From Eledone cirrhosa (taxonomy: Eukaryota): a DNA stretch of 64,000 bases. Location of the stretch: assembly GCA_964016885.1 (NCBI GenBank), contig CAXHJY010000414.1, positions 62,001 to 126,000 of the forward strand. Reading direction: 5' to 3'. Shown here one piece after another: positions 34,426-49,614 of this stretch; the stretch's first letter is position 1; the number at the start of each line of letters is the position of its first letter. The position numbers were made by a program, and so were the translations under genes. The notes beneath the pieces were generated by a model, which searched no databases, was not told where the DNA came from, and saw nothing but the letters and a program-made list of their open reading frames with translations.

Positions 34426-35620
34426 GTATAAGAATGCCATCATTGCACCCCCACCTCAAATTATAACATTCAGCAACAGATGCAATAATCATTGACCCAG
34501 TAATGTGTAATTATGATATTAGTTATATTTCAATATCTTTCACATATAGGACTAATATTAGAATTAATTTCAATATTCAAACACAAGAAAAAAAACAAAA
34601 AACATAAATAGTAATTTGTGAAACAAATATAATTGCAATAGCTTCAATTATTCCGTTAATTGCAGGGAAATTTAAGATTGGGATTTAGCCAGAGGATTGC
34701 TAAGTTTTTTCTGTATTAACAACAAAAACAATACAAACCCAAACAACAAAAATACTCTATTCTCAGTATTTCACTTCAATAAAATAGCGTTATATATATA
34801 TATATATATATAAATGTAAGGCCTATATGTGGTGAATATTGAAATCACTTCAGTATTGTAGTTACCAAATAATATTTAATAGCACCACGTATAACATAAA
34901 TAAACGAAACAATTTAGAGAAAAATGCAGAGTAAATTTTAATTTTAAAATATTAGTCATTCCACATCCTGCATACAATAATTGTCATTTCATTCACACAT
35001 TCCCTTGATCTTAATTCTCCCTATCTTTATTCTGAAGATTATAATGAGAATTTTTTTGTACTGCCTTCTGTTGAATAAATTCATTGATGATATTTTGTGT
35101 TTATTTTCATATTTTTACACATTGTTTATAAACAATCATTGAAGTCTTCCCATTAAAATTGCTGCTAATATCAGAAATATTAAACTTCTAATTGCAAATG
35201 CAATCATTAAATGTATTTTTCTTTTTTACCTAGTGCTTATAATTTTTAAAGAATATGATTTAAAACACTGACAAAGGAAAGAGGAAAGGAAAAGAAAGAT
35301 AAAAATATTTTTTAAAAAGCCGGTGAAATGAGGAAGGGAGAAACTTTACATCTTTGACTGGACGGTATATCTCTGAGATTGCCACGGAGAACAGCCAGTT
35401 ATACCAGTTGCATCACCCATTCTATCTCACGTGTCTTCCTTCCTCAGACATGATAATCTCCTGATTTGGCTGACGAAAATGGCGGCAGTCTGGAGACTGA
35501 GGATTAAGAGTTCTCGATTGTGTCAGGATTAAATAGGAAAATATCGGTTATCTGAAAATTTATTGGATGATTTAAAAAGGAAATTAAGATAAAAATAATA
35601 AGAAAAAATGTTTAACTCAC

Positions 35621-36100
35621 ATCACTTGTTCCTGAGCCAAACAATAGCAAGTCAAAAGGAATTGCAGCAATTGCATCAATAAGGAACCATCCTTTCACAT
35701 AATGTTTGGCGATCAACTGCGGGTCACTGGCCACCTCGCCATTTTGAAGAAAGGTAGTTCGAAAGTTTATAAGAATGTCAGCTATGAACATAATGTCAAC
35801 AAGGAGGTCAATTATCACCAGGGGATCCGCCTTGCTTGTCTCGGCGTTTTTCAGGCGCGTCGCAGCATCCCTGTTAAGCTTCATTCGGATTTCATCTTCG
35901 TTAAGAAGGAAGGCCGCTGAATAAGGAGTAAACACGGCTGTGTACAGAACTAGCAGCAGGATTATCCAATCCCAAACGGCTTTGAACGGAGAATAGTGGA
36001 GGATAATAAACTTCATTTGTGTCGACTGTTGACGTTTACTTGGTTCCGGTTCTACTAAACTTCGGGACTCTTCATCACTTTTATCCTGTTTGTTTGATTC
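35621..36100 (-). CDS. erg: Internal exon of an ether-a-go-go-related (erg, KCNH2/6/7 subfamily) voltage-gated K+ channel, S1-S3
   Basis: [34 protein letters not shown]...[15 protein letters not shown]...[25 protein letters not shown]. Acceptor ttttatttcgtaacAG at 36102-36101, donor GTGAGT at 35620. 480 nt, phase 0-0. Confidence 0.95.
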
Positions 36101-36329
36101 CTGTTACGAAATAAAATGGAAAAAAAAATTATCAAAATTTGGTTCCGTAATATGAGTTTCATTTCGCAATATCAATTTAAAAAAAATTCTTATCTGTGCA
36201 AGTGTGTCTATGCATCTATCTACCTATCTGTATTTCAATTTTTATCTGTACATATGCAAGTGTATAACGGACATAACTGGAATTTCTATATTAGCAATAC
36301 ACGTACATCCTAGTGATTAAGTTAGGCAA

Positions 36330-36412
<83 letters not shown>

Positions 36413-36699
36413 GAGAGAGAGAGAGGGAGAGAGAGTTCAATGCGCGTGTATTCGTCTACGCTGAATGAACGCATCATTTGGGAAACTGATGAATAAATAA
36501 AAAGATTCTCCTACATTGGCACACGTACGTGCGCGCACACACATACATATATGTTGTCTGTGTATGTATGCATGTGTGTAGAAATTAGGTTGTATACATA
36601 ATGCTTGTCATTACGCACAGTCACATTCAGTTTTCATTTCCATAACATACTTTATACATAGAAAACGTTTAATGAAATGTGTTTTCAAACTAACCTTGT

Positions 36700-36855
36700 T
36701 TATAATACATACTGATGTAATATTAATTATATATAGAGTACAATACATACTAAAACACTGGTAATTATGTACAACGTACATGCTGATAGAGTGAAAATTA
36801 TGTATAGAGTACACACTCATGCAGTAGTAGTTATGTATAGAGTACACACTGAAAC
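36700..36855. repeat. Degenerate ~30-bp minisatellite (ttatgtatagagtacacact core), about 4-5 units
   Basis: The core recurs at about 36727, 36765, 36798 and 36831. Confidence 0.6.
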
Positions 36856-39800
36856 ATGTTTTAGACCATTAAAGTAAAACTCAGTACATAAGCTGGATAA
36901 AATATGAATTAAATATAATTTAATCTTGAAGACGTGGAACTTGGTTTTTCTGGTGTTCGTCTCCCGATCGTAAAATTGCTGTGTAATTGAGCAAGGCTCT
37001 ATATTTCCTGCTGCCAACAATAAGTTATACCTCGAAATCCCAAGTGCCAGCCATGTTACACGCTGTGTCATGCTGAGAATTACGTTAATAGTGTATCTGT
37101 ATATGAAACGTTGATCGTGAGTTTGATTCTTGGCGACGCATTGTATTATAGAGCAAATCATTTTATTTCATGTAGTTCCATTCCACTCAGTTGTCAAAAT
37201 CTGTTTTATCTGTAATTTAAAAGGCCAGTTTTGACACACGAACTGTCATGTAAATCCCCTTCAGAATTATGTTCCTATTGCGCATGTAAGTTGAATAAAT
37301 AATTCACTTGCACCTTAACTTCATAAGTAGGCTGGCTATTTCGTTGATCGCATCAATTGGTACACTTGTTGGGACATACTGATTTCCAACAACGACGATA
37401 TATTTACATTACACTGTCTCTAACAATGTTTTCGTTTTTATTATCAGGTTTCTATTTATCATATTCGAATCTATTTATTTATGTCTATCATTAAAATATG
37501 TACTAGACATCTTGAAAATTTTCAGTATCTCTACGTATTCTTTTTTCAATGGAAAAATGATGAATTAAATCCATTCATCGCTATGTTTGTATTCGTCGCA
37601 TGACAACCAAAGTAATGTTTGTATACATCGCAAGACAGCCATAGTAATACTCTCACCTACGAATATTTATATTTTGTAACAACTCTTGGAAAATGTATTT
37701 CAAAGAAATTCCGTACCTGAAATATACTACATCATTTTAATCGACTATATACCCCCGTCGCAAAATATTACCTGTCAATTTACCATAGTGTTAGATGAAA
37801 TAATTATTATCTGGTGTCTTCTGAAAAATCAATATTATATATTTGACTGAAGGTGAGTGACTTAATGGTTAGGGTGTTTGGCTCACATGATTTCGGATGT
37901 ATAACTAATTTTGTAATTATTAACCTGTTGTTTGAAAATGAATTTAAAAAGATTCTAACATGAAATTATAACGGAAATTTTCTTTATATAAATGAAAACT
38001 TTAAATCAAATAGTTATGCATTGCAGAACCAGGGGCAGTTTTGGCAGTTTTGATAACAAAAGTGATAATAAAAATATGACGACCGAGACACCAGGAGAAC
38101 GGATTGGATAATTTATAGCCTTTCAGGAATTTGGCTGTCTTCCCAATTGTGTATATCTATAACATAAGTACATACAATATATTATTGTTCCTTCAGCCGA
38201 CAATGTTCATTAATTATCAGCCAAATAATCTGCATTAAATCTTCACTATTTTCTATTCATTATACCCTGAGGTCTTTTCGATGATTATTCGTCAACAATC
38301 TTCCTTATTTTTGTATTCCTATACTATTTTTTAAACAATGTTTTTTTCTCTATATATCTTTTAAATGTTACTGTTCTCTATCATGTGTCATCAACATTTC
38401 TTTAGTGAATGCAATTCAAATTTTTGTTTCTCTATCTTGGTTAGATTGGAATGAAAATCTTTGCCAAATTTGCTGCAGGATATCTCATTCAAATTCAAAG
38501 TACAAATAAAGGAGGATCTATTCAATTTCTTGAATGAACACAGAGAAACATGCTATAAGTTAGTATCCACTGTTAATGCTTTCGTCTAAAAGTTTGTTAA
38601 ATTTGTCAATCTGGTCGATTCTTGCATGCTGAAGAAACTAAAATAAGTGGATTAATGCTATTGTGGATAGAAAATGTCTTTAAATAAACAAATAACCAGA
38701 TTTCAATAGAATCAATTTTTCACCATAAAGATATTAATTATTTCATTAGAAAACACGGGATAATTCGAAGATGCTAGTCTTTTATATTATATTAGTGAAT
38801 ATTTGTTTCAAGCTTAGTATGGATTATCTGAATTATAACTTTCGAAGCAAACTTAATTTGAAGAAACAAAATCAGAATGAAGTATTATTTTTTGTTCTTT
38901 TCATTAATAAAAGATAAAAGATTAAAAAAAAAAGATATATTTATAAAAAACAAAACATTATTCCTATTATTTTATGTTATTTATTTTTGAATCAATGGTT
39001 GTGCAAATATGTCTTTCAAAAATAATTTTAGTTCTTTTGTTTAACAAAAAAAAAAAAAAGAATTTATATACACAGATTCCTATATATATATTTCTTTTCG
39101 GGACTTCGTTCTTTCACAAGCATTCCTAGGGTCTTTGTGAGTAAGCTTTTTTTTTATTCCTTCATAACTCCTGGGAAATTCTGAGGAAGTAAAACAAACT
39201 AAAGTAAAATATTCATATCGCCTGCTTTTATAATGATATGATAGAAAAATTGTGGTATACGTACTAAGTAAATATTTCTGTCCTATATAACATTTCATTA
39301 AAAGGGAAGAATATAATTGAGCGCATTCTAGAAATAAATGTCTATCACTAATATAAAATATTTATACGTCGAAACAACAAGTAAGTCTATAAGAAATCCC
39401 AAGTATACGTTGCTCTGCAATAAATGACGGAAATAAACAAATGAACGTTAAAGAGCATTAATTTAAAATGACTGCTATTAATGTTGCTGACATCGTTTCC
39501 AGTTCACACGAACGACTGCTAGAGACAATTGGTAATTATGATTAATAAATGTATCAAGCCGAGAATATAAAAATATAATCGAGAAATTTCTCTTCAGCTA
39601 AAGTCTGAAACTAAAGCAACATCAACAATGATCATATTGATAGCTCATAGACCAAGAAACTATAATTAACAACCATAAGGACAGACTTTTACACGTCCAA
39701 TAGTTTCACAAACTGGATACACCATTTCTTATTTTCTAGGTTCAGACATCAGAGCTTGGCCATTGTGGAGCACTACCTGAAAGGGGGTTTAGAGGATGTT

Positions 39801-39887
39801 TTAAGAATCAGGTACATATTGTTTCGTTTTGTAAAAGACACGAGGACACATACACACATACATACTAGAAAAACGACACGGACGGAG

Positions 39888-39922
<35 letters not shown>

Positions 39923-40438
39923 CCTACATATACACACAAATATATATATACATTTACATACCTATATACATACATATCTACACAGTTTGCGCTTGACAAA
40001 TTTCACTCATAAGTTATTGCTTAACCATATATAAATAAATAATACAAACTCTATTTCTGGCCTAGACACACACACAATTGGAATAACATCACTCTGACCT
40101 TTGAGCTAGAGTTGTTATAGCAGATAAGTCATGGGTCAATTATTCCATTTAACACAATTTGGGCGATACATAGCCATTGTTTTTATTAAGGAAACTGAGA
40201 AATCATTTATAAGAATAAATATAGATACCTCTTAAAAAATGTAAGTACTCAGATCTATATACACTGTTATAGCATTCTCACACAATATTTGTTAATCATG
40301 GACATTTTTGTCAACATCGTTCATCCTTCTTAAACTTGGGCATTGTTCACCGAGACATGAATGTCACCATTTTACTTAATTAGGAACATCCTTGATAATT
40401 ATGAACAATTCTGTACATATTCCCAAAGCTTCAGTATA

Positions 40439-40698
40439 TTAACCGTTTTAATATTGAACCGACTGAAATTGTCCCTGGTTCTACAGTACAAAACTACTTA
40501 TTTTAAAGTATTTATGATTATCTAATACCCTACCAAAACTGTATGTAAGAACCTTTGTTTAATCATATTCCAAACACTATCTTAACAACGAGAAAGTTAG
40601 GTATTTTACAAAACCCCTCCAAATTCTCGATTATTTTCAAAATTATATATAAATCAAATGCAGGGATTCTATTAGCAATTTGGTAATGAAAAGTTTAA
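40439..40698. mobile_element. Decayed TTAA-bounded MITE, with a related inverted fragment at about 37920-38068
   Basis: Ends ttaaccgtttt / aaaagtttaa. The motif gtccctggttcta is mirrored by cagaaccaggggc at 38024-38036. Confidence 0.4.
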
Positions 40699-41624
40699 AT
40701 GAATTGTCATCAGTATAAATTTTCAGTATATATTATTGACAGAGATGGTTCTTTGCTCCTTGATTGGAAACTGACACTGAATATATGGATAGATCCTAAT
40801 ATTAAAATGACAGGATATGATAAGATAGATATATTTAGTATTTGTCATCTGACAGATCATGTCCTTAATAAGTAAAAAGGTCCACCAAACTTCATGACTT
40901 GCTAAAATGTATCGCAAAAGGATATCGCTAATGTATTCATGTCAAGTAACTTGCAAATATTTTAAATCAAAGTATAGCTATCTTATTTTTTTTTCTTTAG
41001 AAAATCTTTTTTACCATTCAACCAAACTATAAATATTTCCGCTATTCAATTACTTCTTTTAAAAGCACCCATCCATATAGATACATTCATTCTTTGTAGC
41101 TACGGAGAAATGTTTTACTAAATTTCAAATTCAATTTATTTACAATTAAGCCACGAAACAGTATACTCTAACATAGTTTTAGATTTTAATAAAAATTCTG
41201 TTGGCATCTGGCATACAATGTTTCGGTCAAGTCTTGTAATTAAAAAGATTCTGTCATATGATTAGCAAGTCGCCAGAGAAACGAAGCTGCTACTTATATT
41301 GAAAAGAACTTAATTAATGAACATAATACATCCTTTTGATTAGATATAGTTGCCCTTGGCAGGATTTGATCTCAAAGCCTATGAGAACAAAAACACAACA
41401 ACATATAAACAAAAATAAGAAACAAAACCAAATATAACGGGAATGCCATTTAGTTGAGTGCACCACTATTTCAAGACATTTTCTGTAATTAGAATAGGAA
41501 ATATATTATTACTTTCAAATAGAAATTACTGTTGTCAAAACTAACTATAGCTGTAGACTGCCAGGATACACAATTTACTTCTAACATATTGTATGGCGTG
41601 TGTGTGATTGTGTGTATGTCGGAG

Positions 41625-41800
41625 CTTCGTCGGTTTCGACGATGAGTGTTCCAATTGTCCAGTCAACGAAATAGCCTGTTCGTGAAATGATCATGCAAGT
41701 GGCTGAGCATTCTAGAGGGACGTGTACTCTTAACGCAGTTCTCAATGAAATTCATCATGATACAGTATCTGACAAGGCTGGATTTTGAATTACAGGTAAA
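41625..41800 (-). mobile_element. Decayed SINE body, second family (also at about 52550-52830)
   Basis: Shared blocks gatgagtg.t...tgttcgt.aaa...g.aagtg.ctg...tgacaag..tgg...tgaatt occur in both places. The 52.8-kb copy ends in a reverse tRNA-like head. Confidence 0.55.
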
Positions 41801-42499
41801 ATCCGTCTGACGGGCATCCGTACAATTTGCCTACCCAATTTCCCTGACAAGGCTTGGATCAACCTGAGAACACAGTAAAAACACTTGTGCAAGATAGCAT
41901 GCAGAGGAATTAAACAAGACCCCCTGATTGTAAAGCAATCTTTACCATACCATGTATGCGTCTACTAGAAGTGTCTACTCTTATTTTACCGAACCCGGAA
42001 AAATGAAGGACAAAGTCATCTTCAGCAGAATTGGATGTCAGAACGTAAAACGCTGGACGAAAGACTGCAAAGTATTTCGTAGAACAAACGGATGGTTTTG
42101 CTAATTCACTCTAACTTATTTGTGATAACTAAAGCCAAAGATACGAGATTTGAGATACGGGTAAATTATATTCGATATTTAGTTACACCACACTCAGAAT
42201 TGCGTTCAAATCTCCACAGGACTACTTTTGTCTTTTATCCCTCTAGGCTCAATAAAATAATTCTATTAATATACTTCAATTTTATGCAAATATATTATTC
42301 TAACTAAATCAGCAGTTTGCAAAATGGAGACCATAGAGCTAGAACTGGAGAAATTTCAAGTACTTTATCATAAACATACTGTACACACATTATTGGGTAT
42401 CCATTCTTCTCTAAGTATAAACATTTCTCTTTTTCTGTTATTCTCACCGTAATAATTTCAGGTACTTTGTTATAAACTAATACACAGGATCTGACGCCA

Positions 42500-42652
42500 T
42501 GCTTTGCAGCAAATATTTATGGCCCTTTATGATCTGAATTCAAATCCCGCCGAGGTTAACTTTGCCTTTCATACTTACGGGGTCGATAAAATAAAGTACC
42601 AGTAATACACTGGGATAATTGCTGGCCTTGTGCCAAAAGTAGAAACAATTAT
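42500..42652 (+). mobile_element. tRNA-derived SINE, first family
   Basis: ctgaattcaaatcccgccgaggttaactttgcctttcatacttacggggtcgataaaataaagtaccag. Confidence 0.75.
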
Positions 42653-43709
42653 TTTTAAGCATAAACGTTTCCCTCGCTTTATTATTTTATTACCGTATCT
42701 AGTAGGAGATTAATTGTAATGCAGGTCCGTAGAAAAATTCATTTAACTAAAAATGGTCCTTCGTCGTGAAAGGTTTGGAAGCCACTGATTTAAATTCATT
42801 AGTACACCAGTTAAAATCAAGATAAATTTGAAAACTCAGGGTTACACATTGAATACCAGGCGGTGTCGAATCCCATTACTGTTCAGGTTTCAGCACTGCC
42901 GATTATTTTGAGGGAGAAAAAGAGAGAGAGGGTGATCGATTCCAATACTGGACTAGTATTCTATCTATCTATGTATCGACCTCGAAAAGATGAAAGTTAA
43001 AGTTGGCCTCGGCCAGAACAAATACCGCGAAGCGTTCTATCCGACTGATTTTCTAACGACACTGCCATTTCGCTGCCTTTTCTGTTCTAATTAAAACAGA
43101 CAAAATATCTTTAATTAAATTAGATAATAAAAAGTAGGAGTAACATTTATATTCATCACTTGAAAGTCAATATAAAAACTAAAAATGTTGATTACATGTC
43201 TGTATCTTTTATACGTCATGTTTAATTATTTCTATTATAGCAAAATATCCATTACTAATCAAAGTCCGCAGCAATAAAATCATATCTAATGCAATAGCAT
43301 GCATCATCATCACCATCAATACATTATTATTATTAGTAGCAGTAGTTCTCATTTTATGCTTTTATATTTCTGGTTTATAAATTTCAATTCAGCTTTTATA
43401 TGTGAACTTACAATATGATTCTCATTACAAAAATAATAATAATAAAAATATTTATAAATTAATTCCTCTAAGCAACATAACATTTATTTAAACAACGAAT
43501 TATCACTCGAGCCTCTGATATAGTGTGAAGATGCGTGGCTTAATTATTAAGATGTTTGGCTCACGATCATCGCACGATCACGAGTTCGATTCTCGTTGTT
43601 GCATTGTGTCCTTGGAGCAGTGTTACCTTATTTCATGTCAATCGAGTCTACTCAAGGTAAAAGAAAAAAAAAAATGAATTGAAATTTTCGCTCTGACTTA
43701 GTTTCATAA

Positions 43710-44330
43710 ATATAAGTGTGTGGATTTTGTATATCTAATGATATTTGGTATGATACTGAATAAACATTTGGAAAGCCTTCTACTATTGAAAAGTTGACGG
43801 CTGGCATCTTCTAGCAGATTCCAGTAGAAGTAGCGAGGGACAACTGCTAATGCGTTTCTGGCTCTGGTGGTCATCAGGACAGTGCTTCCGATTCTCTTTG
43901 TTGGAATTTAAAATAGGCAAAGATATATATTTTTTCGCCTATACTTATATGTATACAGCTATGTTGGAACAAAACTTTAATTGTACTTTCAAGCTAAGCT
44001 AGCTTGACAGCTCCATATGCAAATGAAGCTAATCAAACAACCTACATAAGCGTAAATATATAGTTTTTTCACCTATTTCAAATTCCAGCTGAGAGCAGAG
44101 GAAGCACTGTCCTGATGACGGCCAGAGGTAGAAACGCGTTGGAATCTGCTAGACGGTGCTAACTGTCAGCCTTTCACTATTCATAGCTAGAAACCTTTTT
44201 AATTGTTTATTCGTAAAGATATCCTATATCATTAGATATACGAATTTCGCATACTTTTATGTATATAGCTATGTCGGAGTGAAAATTTAATTTTACTTTC
44301 AAGCTGAACCAGCTTGACAGCTGCACATGC
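43710..44330. mobile_element. Old PLE-type inverted-plus-direct repeat with decayed hammerheads (43843-43883 minus, 44106-44142 plus)
   Basis: 43710-43890 is an inverted copy of 44098-44260, and 43941-44020 repeats directly at 44251-44330. Combined reading ACUGUC CUGAUGA ... GAAA CGCG UU GGCAGU. Confidence 0.65.
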
Positions 44331-44999
44331 CCAAACAACAACAACAACAAAAAACTGAGTTGTATTTCTAATTCAATTGACCAGGTTTGTCACACACGAA
44401 TGTCACTGAACTCCACTCACATGCAAATATCTCGAAATTTATATCGTCATAAAATGATAATAATAATAAAAATATACATTAATATACTTCATTGTTATGG
44501 CTTCATTTAAATTCCAGACATCTTAGAAATCTAAACTATAATAAAGGAAGGTCTGCGGAACTGCGTACGGTATATTTATTTCTTTATCCCGTTTGTAAAT
44601 AAGTTGGATTACTTTGAATAAATAATGAATGAATATTACATAATTTATCTACTAAATTTCGTAAACAAAAATAATTTCGTAAAAATAAATAATTTCAAAT
44701 TGACTTCTTTTCAAAGTTGCACTTCCGGTATAGCGTTGCCACCACCACCACTTCAACTACCATATATATATAGAATGAGAGAGTGTGTGATATCAACGCT
44801 TCCGGTGGCGATCACTTAAATAAACATACTCATTTTCTGTCACTAATTTTCTCCTAATGCAGTTTATATATAATATCGTCTTTTTTTAATGTACCATGGA
44901 TTACGTTACTGATTACATAAGACAGTGTAACAACGTTTTCGTTCAATTCCTGTTAATTACGATTTTATTTGATGTGCCATATCTACAGAACTACGTTTA

Positions 45000-45050
45000 T
45001 GATAATTAGGAGAAAAACCACCCAAAGGGTGGTTTTTCTGCTAGTTATCA
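45000..45050. other. Isolated hairpin: 13-bp perfect stem AGAAAAACCACCC-AAA-GGGTGGTTTTTCT with an imperfect outer extension
   Basis: Direct reading. Confidence 0.8.
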
Positions 45051-45217
45051 TGATGTTATAAGGAAATGAAGATAGTACTTATAGAATATATATATTATGA
45101 AAGAATTAAAGATATATCAAAGCTATCATTTATAGAAAGAAATCAGAATTCCAGTTGAATTATTTGAAGAAACACTTTTGCTGAAAATCAAATATATTAA
45201 AACAATATTTAAAACCA

Positions 45218-45281
<64 letters not shown>

Positions 45282-45394
45282 CAAAAGGGATATTTAATTT
45301 GTTGGTAATTCAACAAATATATATGTTTATAACTGATTCGAAGCACTCGACATATTTTTCTGGAGTATAATATCATTGATATATATATATATAA

Positions 45395-45934
45395 GTATGT
45401 ATACGTACATACATATATGTATACAGACGTACAGTAGTATGTATATATATATATATACATACATGCACACATATATATATGTACGTATGGATTCACCGAA
45501 CATTTATTATAATGATCGGTGTGTTTGTAAACAAACATCCCGAATTAAGCCGTACAGTGTCTAGCAACCATCGTTGTTCAACACTGGCAAAGGAACGCTG
45601 TAGTTTCAAGCTTATTAGCTATCGTCAGCAACGTATACCTTCCTGCCAGATGATTGAACGTCTGAAAGTATATACTTTCCTTGTGCATATTAACGGCTGA
45701 TGCATATTAACTTTTCAGTACCCCGGCCAATTAACTCACTCGATATGCAAATTAGGCTGCTCAGCTGTTAATATGCATAAGGAAAGTAATACTTTCAGAC
45801 GTTCAATAATCTGGCAGGAAGGTATACGTTGCTGACGATAGCTAAGCTTGAAACTAGTACAGGGTTCCTTTGTCAGTGTTGAACAAATGAGCAACGATGG
45901 TTGCTAGACACTGTACGGCTTAATTCGGGATGTT
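45395..45934. mobile_element. Fold-back element, family C diverged copy, with two defective hammerheads (45596-45633 minus, 45827-45864 plus)
   Basis: Arms about 45534-45700 and 45761-45934. Homologous to 46992-48266. Confidence 0.78.
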
Positions 45935-46409
45935 ACATATAAATATATATATACATATACATATATATATACATATATATATACATACATATATATATAC
46001 ACATACATATACATACATATATATATATATACATATATATATATGCATATATATATACACACACATATATATATATATATATACATATATATATACATAC
46101 ATATACATATATATATACATATACATATATATACATATATATATACATATACATATATATATACATATATATATACATAATATATCGTGATATATACGTA
46201 ATATATCGTGATATTTCGCTCCTTATAACAGTCTTTCTTCTCTCTCTCTGTTTGGTTGAGCACACTTCTGTGAGTGGTCTGGGGCTGCCCTTTCTAGCAG
46301 CCCGTCCCAGTGGCCTCTGCCCTTAAACACGCTGTGACTTCTCTCGCCCACGTGTAGCTGGACGGTCGATTTAAAAATCCTCTTAGTGTTGTCTGAAATG
46401 TATAGTCTT

Positions 46410-46491
46410 ACACACGCTGAAGAATCGGGGTTATTTCAATTCTGTCAACAAATTACTGGCGAACCAGATCACTTTGGATTTGTACGTGTGT
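46410..46491 (+). ncRNA. Type I hammerhead-like fold with A15.1 changed to C, inside a unique island at about 46225-46740
   Basis: ACACACG CUGAAGA [37 nt] GAAC CAGAUC acuuug GAUUUG UA CGUGUGU. Perfect 7-bp stem I, 6-bp stem III, GUA triplet. Confidence 0.65.
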
Positions 46492-46761
46492 TATATAGTT
46501 ATAGAGGTATTTATTTACGCTTTAATTTATACTTTTAACTATCGTGTCTATACTCTGCCTTTAATAGGTTATAGATTCCATACACTGGTGGTTCGTCCCT
46601 GTTTTATTCATAGCTCACTGTATCTCTAGTGTATTACCTTATCAACATATTGTATTTTAAAGAGCTCAGGATTTCCTCTCCTTTGGGCACATTATTTACA
46701 GGGAATGACGAGAGTCTATGGGTCCGTTAATATATTGTGATATAAATATATATACATATTC

Positions 46762-46825
<64 letters not shown>

Positions 46826-46991
46826 GTGAGGTTTTTTTTACAAAATTTAAAATAACCCAGGTGTCCTACACGAGTGAAAGTATAAAGAAAAAAATATAAA
46901 TATATATATATATAAATATAAAAATATATATATATAAATATATATATATATAAATATAAAAATATATATATACGTATATATAAATATATAT

Positions 46992-48266
<1,275 letters not shown>

Positions 48267-48910
48267 AAATATATATACATATACATATATATAAACAAAT
48301 ATATATACATATACATATAAATATATAAACTATTTTGTCTAAAAGATATATTGACACATGATATACTGACATTGTTGGCGAATTTTTACAACAGTGTTAA
48401 TATTAAAAACTTTAAGATTATTTAGTGGAAGACAAGATATGTCTAACGTCTCAATAGAGTTAATTAAATCGTTTGGATGACTTGTATCAGTAACATTATT
48501 GGATTTACAGTAAAAAATCTTCCCTAATTTCTTGAATGCTCTGTTGCATAAATGACTGCTACTTCATGTGATAATGATACAGACAATGCCCTGTCTTTAA
48601 TATAGATATTGTTGCTAAGATTTATAGGAGTTGGAAAAAACTTCAAGCCATGACATTAATACTGTTTTAATTTGACATTATTATTGATTTATTGCAAAGG
48701 AATCGAACAGATATATTAAATAGGAAAACAAATATATTCTGAGATTTACAATTCATTTACAATTTAGCTATTTCTGACAACTCTGTTGTCTCTTTGACAA
48801 CAGTATATGGAAGAGTATCATTGAAGTGTCATAAGCGACATTGTATATCTTAGTGTTAGTTTGAAATCACTCTCTGTCTCAGACATCCGTTCTTTAAAGG
48901 AATACAATAT

Positions 48911-48992
<82 letters not shown>

Positions 48993-48995
<3 letters not shown>

Positions 48996-49614
48996 AGTAT
49001 GTTTTGAAACAGTGAGCAGGTTTGAGATTAGAAAATAGAATAGCTTTCACCGTATTTTTGACTAAAGAAATTTTAGTCTGATAATGGTGTTTAGAGCCCT
49101 CAGATAAATGGAAAAAGATGAGTATTGACGTACATGGGAGTCGAACCCACATCTTTGGTTATCCAGACCACTGTGCTACCAACACCAACACATCACCCAT
49201 TTCCTTCCATTCAAATTAGAAGTTACATTCTTAGAGAGTATAAATGACAAGTAAGCATGTTTTGAAACAATGAGCAGGTTTGAAATTAGAAAATAGAATA
49301 GCTTTCACCGTATATTTGACTAAAGAAATTTTAGTCTGATAATGGGGTTTAGAACCCTCAGATAAATGGAAAAAGATGAGTATTGACGTACATGGTAGTC
49401 GAACCCACATCTTTGGTTATCCAGACCACTGTGCTACCATTACAGCAACACATCACCCATCTCCTCCCATTCAAATTAGAAGTTACATTCTTAGCGAGTA
49501 TAAATGACAAGTAAGTATGTTTTGAAACAGTGAGCAGGTTTGAAATTTTTCCATTTATCTGAGGGTTCTAAACCCCATTATCAGACTAAAATTTCTTTAG
49601 TCAAAAATACGGTG

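Noticed and set aside
49316-49373. Type III hammerhead-like layout on the plus strand (CUGAUAA ... GAUA)
   Set aside because: Three core deviations (G8, A14, G at position 17) and a poor stem III.
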